DNA of 64,000 bases from a virus. Lineage: Duplodnaviria; Caudoviricetes. The notes under the pieces are model-generated. The model made no database searches. It had not been told where the DNA came from and saw only the letters and a program-made list of their open reading frames with translations. Shown piece by piece: positions 17,308 to 27,000 of the stretch (the stretch's first letter is position 1; each line of letters begins with the position of its first letter). A program made the position numbers and the translations under genes. The stretch lies in IMG/VR virus record IMGVR_UViG_3300042892_000699; one strand, 5' to 3'.

Positions 17308-18396
17308 ATGTTGGACGCATTCAAACAATTGGTAGAGTCAGGTGTAATGTCAGAAGATGTAAAAGTCGCTGTCGAATCTGCCTTTGCTACAAAAATTCAA
17401 GAGAATCGCGACCAAGTGACCGCTGAACTTCGTGAAGAGTTTGCCCAGAAATACAATCATGACAAGAGTGTTATGGTTGAGGCAATCGACAAGATGTTAA
17501 GCGACAGACTGGCCGCAGAAATGGCTGAGTTGCACAATGACAAGAAAGCACTAGCTGAAGCAAAAGAAGCATATCGTTCACGTATTGCTGAAGATGCTAA
17601 GAAGTTAGAAAAATTTGTTATTGGTCAATTAGGCAGAGAGTTAGTTGAATTCCAGAGCGATCGTAAGACCGTTTCTGAGAACTTCAGTAAGTTAGAGCAA
17701 TTTGTTGTACATGCTCTAGCAAAAGAAATCCAAGAATTTGCATCTGATAAAAAGGACCTAGCTGAAACGAAAGTTAAGTTAGTTCGTGAAGCTAAGAGCA
17801 AGTTTGATGATATCAAACAAGCATTTATTCAACGTTCCGCAAAAGTTGTCGAAGCAACTGTTACTAAGAAACTTACAAGTGAGATTACTCAGTTGAAAGA
17901 AGATATTGACAGCGCCCGCAGCAATGATTTTGGACGTAAAATTTATGAAGCGTTTGCGCAAGAGTTTGCAGGTTCCTACCTAAACGAAAAATCTGAAACA
18001 AGTAAATTGTTAAAGATTATTTCTAAGAAAGAACAAGAACTAGCAGAAGCAAAACAAACCGTAGCAGAAAAAAACAATCTAGTAGAATCTACGCAACGCG
18101 AAATTCGTGTTACAAAAGATCTAATGGAACGTAAAAATGTTATGGCTGAATTGCTATCGCCATTAAGTGGCGAAAAAAGAGTGGTAATGCAAGACTTGTT
18201 AGAATCTGTACAAACACAGAAACTGCATAATGCATTTGAGAAATACCTACCCGCAGTAATGGAAGGCGCAAAGAAAGTAGCACTTAAAAAAGCACTAACT
18301 GAAAGCTCAGAAGTAACTGGTAACCGTGAAAGCAAGCCAGTGGTAGGCTTAGATAACATATTAGATATCCGCAAGTTAGCGGGTCTATCGAAATAA
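17308..18396 (+). CDS. gp22: Prohead scaffold/core protein
   Basis: Long coiled-coil Glu/Lys/Ala-rich protein between protease and capsid genes; GAGGAG SD. Confidence 0.8.
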   Translation: MLDAFKQLVESGVMSEDVKVAVESAFATKIQENRDQVTAELREEFAQKYNHDKSVMVEAIDKMLSDRLAAEMAELHNDKKALAEAKEAYRSRIAEDAKKLEKFVIGQLGRELVEFQSDRKTVSENFSKLEQFVVHALAKEIQEFASDKKDLAETKVKLVREAKSKFDDIKQAFIQRSAKVVEATVTKKLTSEITQLKEDIDSARSNDFGRKIYEAFAQEFAGSYLNEKSETSKLLKIISKKEQELAEAKQTVAEKNNLVESTQREIRVTKDLMERKNVMAELLSPLSGEKRVVMQDLLESVQTQKLHNAFEKYLPAVMEGAKKVALKKALTESSEVTGNRESKPVVGLDNILDIRKLAGLSK

Positions 18397-18419
18397 TTAT
18401 ATTCAAGGAGACAAATTAA

Positions 18420-19601
18420 ATGTCACAATTATTAAATGAAAGATGGTCAGAGACCAAAGAAGCTCTGCTTGAAGGCCTAACCGGTAACCGTAAGTCTTCT
18501 ATGGCAGTTTGCTTAGAGAATACTCGTCGTTATTTAGGTGAGTCTGCAACAGCAGGTGCTACAAGCACAGGTAACATTGCTACCCTGAACCGTGTTATTC
18601 TTCCAGTAATTCGTCGTGTTATGCCGACAGTTATTGCAAACGAAATCATCGGCGTTCAGCCAATGACAGGCCCAGTTGCACAGATCCATACTCTACGTGT
18701 CCGCTATGCAGACGGCGTTTCTGGTGGTGATGTTGTAACAGCAGGTGAAGAAGCACTAAGCCCATTCAAGATCGCTCAAGCGTATTCTGGTAATAATGCT
18801 TCTAACGGTGGTGCAGCAGTAACATCCGCCCTAGAAGGTACTCCAGGTAAGCGTATGAGCATTCAGATCTTGAAGAGCCCAGTTGAAGCTAAGTCTCGTA
18901 AACTAAGCGCTCGCTGGACTTTTGAAGCTGCTCAAGATGCACAAGCTCAACAAGGCATTGACATCGAAGCAGAAATCATGGCTGCTCTAGCACAAGAAAT
19001 CACAGCTGAAATTGACCAAGAGATTCTAACAAGTCTACGTTCTTTGGCTAGTGTTGAAGAAACATATGACCAGGCTTTAGTTTCTGGTACAGCTACATTC
19101 GTCGGTGACGAGCACGCTGCACTAGCTATCCAGATCAACCGCGTAAGCAACTTGATTGCTCAGCGTACACGTCGTGGTAGCGCAAACTGGGCAGTTGTAA
19201 GCAACCAAGCTCTAACGATCCTACAAAGTGCTACAACTTCTGCTTTTGCTCGTACTACAGAAGGTACATTCGAAGCTCCGACAAACACTAAGTTCGTTGG
19301 TACATTGAACGGTGCTATGCGTGTTTATGTTGACGCATACAAGTCTGACACAGACGACAACAATCAGATCCTAGTTGGATACAAAGGTACAAGCGAAGCA
19401 GATGCTGCTGCGTTCTATTGCCCATACATTCCTCTAATGAGCTCTGGTGTTGTTCTTGACCCAGCAACATTTGAGCCAGTAGTTGGCTTCATGACACGTT
19501 ACGGCTATGTTGAGTTGACAAACACAGCATCTAGCTTAGGTAACGCTGCTGACTACCTAGGTAAAGTTGCTATCACTAGCGCAAACGTAAGCTTCAAGTA
19601 A
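18420..19601 (+). CDS. gp23: Major capsid protein
   Basis: 'PVIRRVMPTVIANEIIGVQPMTGP', 'KSRKLSARWTFEAAQD', 'EITAEIDQE', 'FYCPYIPL' and 'GFMTRYG'. Confidence 0.96.
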   Translation: MSQLLNERWSETKEALLEGLTGNRKSSMAVCLENTRRYLGESATAGATSTGNIATLNRVILPVIRRVMPTVIANEIIGVQPMTGPVAQIHTLRVRYADGVSGGDVVTAGEEALSPFKIAQAYSGNNASNGGAAVTSALEGTPGKRMSIQILKSPVEAKSRKLSARWTFEAAQDAQAQQGIDIEAEIMAALAQEITAEIDQEILTSLRSLASVEETYDQALVSGTATFVGDEHAALAIQINRVSNLIAQRTRRGSANWAVVSNQALTILQSATTSAFARTTEGTFEAPTNTKFVGTLNGAMRVYVDAYKSDTDDNNQILVGYKGTSEADAAAFYCPYIPLMSSGVVLDPATFEPVVGFMTRYGYVELTNTASSLGNAADYLGKVAITSANVSFK

Positions 19602-19628
19602 TCCGTTACTTGGTCTTATAACCACAAC

Positions 19629-19651
19629 AAACCCGCTTCGGCGGGTTTTTT
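19629..19651 (+). terminator. Rho-independent terminator with cUUCGg loop
   Basis: aaacccgc-ttcg-gcgggttt followed by a T-run, just after gp23. Confidence 0.9.
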
Positions 19652-19663
19652 GTTGACTATCCA

Positions 19664-19748
19664 ATAAATAACATTGTTCGCCCTTACGGGTTTTATGCGG
19701 TACCATCCGCGTAGATCATAGAACGATCTTAACATAAGGAGAAATAAA
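19664..19748 (+). promoter_or_regulatory. Late-promoter-like ATAAATA plus multi-hairpin 5' leader
   Basis: ATAAATA at 19664-70; stems 19680-83/19688-91, 19695-700/19707-12 and 19713-17/19725-29; then AAGGAGA SD. Confidence 0.5.
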
Positions 19749-20435
19749 ATGGGACGTCCGATTAAAGAAAAGTTTTTTGGTAATACAAACAGCCCTTACT
19801 CTAACCAAGCACAAGGTGGAGTAACTGGCGTAGGTGGTGAAGGTGTTACAACTGTTGCACTAAACAACACAGGCACATTGTACACCACAAGTACAACACT
19901 AGGTGCAACATTTAGCGCACCTAATATTCCAGGCGGTGTTGCAGGAACTGCACAAGTTACAACAAACGCACTAGGAAATATTGCTTCTGTTACACTTGTA
20001 TCAGCAGGTACAGGTTACACCAGCGCACCAACTCTAGCAGTCACTGGCGGAACAACTGGCACACTTGCAACATTTACCGTTGCATTAACTTCTAATAGAC
20101 AAAATGCTATCAAAGGCGAAGCGTTTATCACAGGTGGATCTCAAAAGGCATTTGATATCAAGAAGCAAGAAGCTAGCAAGCGTTATCTAGTTCAAACCGC
20201 TGACGGTCAAGGTCAGTGCAAGTTAGTAACAACTGCTACACTAGCCGCAAAAGAAATGAATATTGTTGCTACTGACTGGAATGGCAGTACATACTGGGTT
20301 AGAAAACTAACTGCACGTAGAGCAGTTCTAGTTCAGTCTACTGCATCTGGTAGTTTCTTAATTACTAACGGTGCATCTACTGGATGGACATTAGGTTCTT
20401 CAACAGGAACTATTGTTACTATTGGCAACAACTAA
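19749..20435 (+). CDS. Probable virion structural/decoration protein
   Basis: Thr/Gly-rich beta protein starting 'MGRP.K.KFFG', with 'VTLVSAGTGYTSAPTL'; directly downstream of the capsid gene with a strong SD. Confidence 0.6.
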   Translation: MGRPIKEKFFGNTNSPYSNQAQGGVTGVGGEGVTTVALNNTGTLYTTSTTLGATFSAPNIPGGVAGTAQVTTNALGNIASVTLVSAGTGYTSAPTLAVTGGTTGTLATFTVALTSNRQNAIKGEAFITGGSQKAFDIKKQEASKRYLVQTADGQGQCKLVTTATLAAKEMNIVATDWNGSTYWVRKLTARRAVLVQSTASGSFLITNGASTGWTLGSSTGTIVTIGNN

Positions 20436-20456
20436 ACACTTAATATAGTGTTATCT

Positions 20457-20486
20457 AATAGGGGGTTTATGCCCCCTATTCTTTTA
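20457..20486 (+). terminator. Probable intrinsic terminator
   Basis: 9-bp stem aataggggg/ccccctatt (20457-65/20472-80) followed by cttttat. Confidence 0.7.
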
Positions 20487-20502
20487 TATGGTAAATAAGA
20501 GT

Positions 20503-21027
20503 ATGACGTCAAATTGGGCCCTACCAACCAACATTATTCAATACTCAGAAGAAGGTGCAGAAGATGCACACATTCCTTGGCTTGAGGTTAATAACTTTAG
20601 CAGTTTAAAGAATTTAGATGGAAGATCAATTAAAACATCAAGAGACTTGTTGCATATTGCTAGAGATCCTAGACATAACATTAAAGAAAAAACTTATTTC
20701 TTAACAGTCACTGGATTTAATTTTATTGATGTTCCAGATATTATATTAGGGATTGAAGTAAAAGTAACTTCGAATAGATACGGTAGAATTACTGACGAGA
20801 CAATACAACTAACACTAAACGATAATATAATTGGAGATAATCAAGCGTCTTTGGACCTGAATCCTATTAAAATTTACGGTGGGAAAGATAATCTATGGAA
20901 CACAAATTTAACAACTGCCGGAATACTCAATACAACCTTTGGAGTAGTTTTACGTTTTCAAAGCCATCCTCGTTGGCCCCACAAGAGCGGCATGATGTTG
21001 GACTCTGTGGAAGTAAGAGTTTACTAA
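20503..21027 (+). CDS. Hypothetical beta-rich protein, probably structural
   Basis: Open frame in the late cluster. Start set at 20503, 5 nt after GTAAATA; the track start 20488 lies upstream of that motif. Confidence 0.6.
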   Translation: MTSNWALPTNIIQYSEEGAEDAHIPWLEVNNFSSLKNLDGRSIKTSRDLLHIARDPRHNIKEKTYFLTVTGFNFIDVPDIILGIEVKVTSNRYGRITDETIQLTLNDNIIGDNQASLDLNPIKIYGGKDNLWNTNLTTAGILNTTFGVVLRFQSHPRWPHKSGMMLDSVEVRVY

Positions 21028-21055
21028 AAAAATAAATACATCTGAGGATCTATAA

Positions 21056-24000
21056 ATGGCAATCAGCACAAACGTATTAAACTTACCAGGCAATTATATA
21101 ATTAGGGCCGTCAATGGTACTGTTACTATTGACACTATTCGAACTAGAGTTACTCAGGTCTTGCAGGTCGACGGTGACACATTTTTAAATAGTGACACTA
21201 CTATTGGTAATTCATCATCTGACACAATTGATACAGTTGGTCGATTTATTAACGACCTAATACCTCAAAGTTCCTATACAGTTAATATTGGAACATCAAC
21301 AAATATTTGGAATTCAGCCCACGTAGGAAGATTTGTTCAGTATGGTACTGGATCTGCGTATCTAAATATTATCAATAATACTGAAAACGTTTGGAATCCT
21401 TATACTGATTTTGGTCCAGCAGGTAGACCTTACGATCCTGGAAATATATACGGAACTGAAGAACAACGCCGACAAGGTGCAGTGTATGTAGCCGGTGGTG
21501 TTGGTATTGAAAAAGATTTAAACGTCGGAGGTTTTATTTATGGACGAGTTGAAACAGCCGTTACAACTACCTTTGTTACATTTACTGCAACAAATGCTGA
21601 TATCGAATTTAATATAGGATTTGTATTACAAGACACTCCAGAAGATTATCAAAGTCCTACATATATTGACTTAGAAGGAATTGTCGACGGTTTAACATAC
21701 AATCCGTCATTGGGTAGAATTAGAACTGATCGCGCATTAATTGCAGAAGGTGATCAATCAACTAGCACAACAACCGGAGCGTTGATTGTTCAAGGTGGTG
21801 TTGGTATTGCTAAAAACGCATACGTTGGTGGAATACTAACCGCCACTGATGTGATGCCTAAAGAAAACGAGACAGGCCAAATTGGTTCTACTGATACGCA
21901 GTGGGCAGAAGCTTACATTCAGGATATCTTTACTCGAGTAATTGCATCTACTACAGGTACTGTTCAAATTAACCCAGCAGCCGGCGTAACAGAAATTATT
22001 GGCGATATTAGAGTTAGGGGACAAAACCCAGTTGGCACTGCACCAGTTGTAACAAACACTCTATATGTAACAATGGACGGCAACGATACTAATGACGGCA
22101 GAGCAATGGATCCGAGTCGTGCATGTAGAACAATTACTGGAGCGGTGAATAGCCCTTACTTCCAGCCAGGCACACAAATTTTAGTTAGTGCAGGATTCTA
22201 CTTAGAAGATAATCCTGTTAGAATGAAGCCTTATACTTCTATCAGAGGGTCTGATATTCGTACAACATTTATTGAGCCTATCAATAAAACTCAAGACTTG
22301 TTCCATGTTGATAGTGGATGCTACATAAACTATTGCACATTCTTAAACGGAAGAAGTGGATTATTACAAGGACCGTACGAAGATCAATACAATCGTGGAG
22401 CATATGCAACAGCTTTCCCTCCGCAAGAAGGCGATAATCGTATTGACATATATCACTCTCCCTATATTCAAAACTGTACTAATCAATCTGGACCATGGTT
22501 AGGTGACGGTACAATGTTTGTACCAAACCAAACTGTTCAAGTACCTGCTAGTGTAGGTATCGGATCTTGGTTAGCTAATACATCAAGTATCATTGTGGAT
22601 ATTTCTCAAGGCTCAGTTGAACGAGGAATGTACGTTAATGCAGGACAACAGAATCCTGGATTCTTTGATGCTAGAACATTAATACTGGCTAACAAACCCT
22701 TCATTCAAGAACAGGTTATTGCATATGTTGATAAAACATTTAACACAGGAACATTTATATATGATCAAGTTAAGTGTGCTCGAGATACAGGTTTAATTGT
22801 AGACTCTATTTCTCAAGATATGTTAGCTGACAGCACCAGTGAAAGTATTTTTGCTGGCTTGCAATATTGGAGACAAACTGAATACGTTGATGCAATCAAT
22901 AGTCAAATAACTGCTACTATTGCAACAATAGAATTTGTTCGTAACTTAGCTGCAAACACTGCAACTAGTGCCGCAAGCGCAACCGAAGGTGCAGTTGTTA
23001 CTAGTAGATTTAACAATATACTAGAAATTTTAAATACTTCTACAGCTACTCTAGTAACTGGAGCATTCTCAGAATGGGTAACTGATAAAATTATTTCTAA
23101 CGGTACTGCTACTAATAGTGTAGGTTACAATGCTGCGTTTGATGCAATACTAGCAGCCAAAAATAGTATTACTGAACAAGCTATTAATAATTTAAATTCA
23201 ACATTAATTGCATTCACATATGATTCTGCTAAGTGTGCTCGAGACACTGGGTTGATTGTTGATTCTGTTGCACAAGATATTTTATTCAACGGCACAAGTC
23301 AAAGTACTTTTGCTGGTTTGCAATACTGGAATCAAAGCGGATACGTCTCAGGCATTGGTAGTCAACTAACAACTACAACAAATGCAATTGAGTATGTTAA
23401 GGAGTTGGCTGCAAAAGTAGTAGTTGGCAATACTAGTGGTACTCGTTATCAAACTAGCATTGCACAAAATACATCTTTGTCTACTGCAACCTCAGCAGAA
23501 TCAACATTGCTCAACGACGACTTTGATGTCATACTAAACATTTTGGATGTAGGTACTGTAGGTGTATCTGATGATATTGTACCAAACGGGTTAGTGCCAA
23601 GTACTAACACAAATGTACTTAAAGCATATAATTTACTACAGGCAAACAAGACATATATTCAGACAGAAGTTATTGCATTCGTTGAAGCCACTAAGACTGT
23701 TGGTTTTGAATATGATCAAGATAAATGTTTTAGAGACACTGGTTATATGTTAGACAGTGTTGCTTTTGATATGTTGTACGGAGGTAATAAACAAGCTATT
23801 CAAAGCGGTGTTTATTATTACGGATTTGATGCCGGCTCTAGTGCAATTGAAGGACAGAGTCCTCAAACTATTGCCGCATATGAATATATCAAACAATTAG
23901 CTCCTAACATTATTCGCGGTATTGCAATCAGTACATCTACTCTATATCAGTCTGCTGAACAGCAGGTATTAGGTTTGAGCGGAACGCCTATTGAAGCCAA

Positions 24001-27000
24001 CGAAGCAATTGAACGATTAGATATCATTGTTAATATTATTAATAATGGTCCTAGTGTTGCTGAAGAACCATCACCGATCAGTTTAGATAGAAGCCCTAGC
24101 GAATATGTTCGTAATGCTGCTATCCTATTAAATGAAAACAGAGATTTTATCAAAGCTGAAGTAGTTGCGTATGTTAATACATTAAAGACACTAGTCTATG
24201 ATGAGACTAAGTGCAGAAGAGATATTGGCTACATGTTAGACAGCGTAGCCTATGATTTACTACATGGCGGAAACAAACAGAGTATTAAATCTGGTGTTTA
24301 CTATTTTGGTTACACTGGCGATACTACTGAAATTCCAGGAGAAATTCCCCAAACTACAGCGGCATATAATTTAATTAAATCATTGTTGCCGAGTATTATC
24401 AAAGCACAACCTGTGGTGTCAAAATATAGTGCTACTCTACAGGATATTACTACCTATTTGCCAGCAACGGATAATGAAGTGAGTATTTTAGGAGAGAAAA
24501 TTGATGTTATTACTAACATCATAAGAAACGGTCCTGGAACAGTTGCTGCAAGAATTCCTATCAACACTGAATTAAATCAGTCTAGCAACATTTACAATGC
24601 GTATAAGCAATTAGAAGCGAATAGAGAGTTTATCAAAGACGAAGTTATTGCTTACCTAAACACATTTGGAACATTTAACTATTCAAGAGAAAAGTGCTTC
24701 CGAGATGTAGGTATCATCTTAGAAAATATTTCTTATGATGCTGCATTTGGTGGAAATGAAAAAGCTGTACAAAGTGGCTTATCATATTACGAAGGTGTTG
24801 TCAGTTTAATTGCTGGACAAGAAGTGCAGACAGTTGCCGCAATTGACTACATCAATAATCTAGCACAGAAAGTTATTGTTAACGAAGTGTGTCCAGATTT
24901 GTACTCAACTGGCGTTTCAACCACTGCAACATATACACAAGTTATTAATACCGCAGTAACTGGTGGTGCAATTGCTGGCAGATCTTTATCTGACTTGTTT
25001 AATATTGTGACTACAATTATTAACAACGGCCCGTCTGCTGCACCTGAAATGTTTAAAGGTACAAATGCTGATGCAGCATTTGTCAGTGCAGAAACATTGA
25101 TGCAGGCCAACAGAGCATTCATTCAACAAGATACTATTAATTACATTAATAATCTAGTACTTAACTTTCCGTATAGTGAAATCAAGTGCAGAAGAGATAC
25201 TGGATTAATTATTGATTCAATGGCATTTGATATGTTGTATCAAACACCAGGGTATAGTCAGAGTACTTTTGCAGGATTACAATACTGGAATCAAGATCAG
25301 TACGTTGGTGATATTCAAGCACAACTAGCACCAACTGTTGATGCTGTAAGATATCTAAAAGAACTAGCAGTTAAAATTATTCAAAATATTACTCCTGCAG
25401 ACGATCTAGTAGTAAGATATCAATCAACTGTGACACAAGTTACCAGTTTAGAACCTGCAACGCTATTTGAAGCTAACATAATTGAAGGAAATTTTGATGT
25501 TATTCTTGACATTTTAGGAGGCAACAGTCTAGGTTGGACAGATAGAATTGTATCTAATTCAACTAAGATAGGCCTTCCTGCTTTCTTAAATGCATATGAT
25601 TTATTGCTAGCTAACAAAAATTATATGGCGCACGAAGTCACTGCCTACGTTGATGCAACTAATTTTGGATTCAACTACGATGCAAATAAGTGCAGACGTG
25701 ATGTTGGCCACATGGTAGATGCAGTAGCATTTGATTTAGTGCATACTGGAAATCGACAAAGCGTACAAACTGGTTTATACTACTATGGATTTGATAGTTC
25801 TACTATTACTATTCAAAATCAAGAAATTCAAACTACTGCGGCATTTGATTATCTAGCAGATATAGCCGAACTAGTTGTAACTAACCAACATGTTGATGCT
25901 TTACAAAATCGAGTAAATCAATTCCGTGGAGATACATCAGCTACAATGTTTGACGCAGGACTATTAAGAACTGCAATTTCTACAATTACAAACATTATAA
26001 CTAACGGTCCTCAGGTAACTGGACCAGTTACATCGGCATTTGCAATTGCAATGACTGCAACTAACACTGCATCTACATACGTTGCATTTGAATTACTGTA
26101 TGCAAACAAAGAGTTCTTAGTCGAAGAAGTTATTGCCTATATTGATAAAACTTATAATCCAAACAGTTTCAATTACAATGAAGCAAAGTGCTATCGCGAT
26201 ATTGGTTTGATTGTTGACGCAGTTAGCCAGGACGTACTGTTAGGCGGAAATGCTAAGAGTATTGAAGCTGGTTTAGCATACTGGACTTTTGGAGAAAATA
26301 GTCTTACTGGTCAAGAAACTACAACGACCATGGCGTTCAATTATGCAAGAGACTTGTCATTGCAAATTATTGCAAATCAACCAGTGACTCCTCAGACAGG
26401 AACTGTAATACAACAGATTATTAATCCGTTCTTCCAGTACGGCGCAGACTATATGCCACAGGAAGCAGTGCGTAGGAATTTTGATATCATTAGCACAATC
26501 GTTAATCGTGGCACATTATATGCTCCTCCAAAATACTTAGGAGGCGGCCTATTTGCACTAACAGGTATTAACGGATCGGATGTTCTAACAGCACCTATAG
26601 TAACATCAATTACTACAATTAGCGAAGGCAAATACTTAATCGGTCTAAACACTGCTACTATAGGATTTGGTACTAACGCTACTGTTTACTTTGGTGATGT
26701 ATTAACATTTCCGTTAAGAGACAACGAAGTCGACGAACTGAGTTTAGAATATACAGGAGATGCATCTACATGGAATCAACGTAAGATTGATAGAATCGGA
26801 GGAATGGGAGGAGCATTAATTGACGGTGGCGTAGTTAGTGATCGTAGTCCTATTCAATCGTTCGTATTTGATGCATATACGCAATTAACACAAGGCGGCC
26901 GAGGTGTTAGAATTACTAACAACGGATATGCACAGTTAGTTTCTGTGTTTACAGTTTTCTCAAGTGTAGGTGTTCAAGTAGATAACGGAGGCATTGCTTC

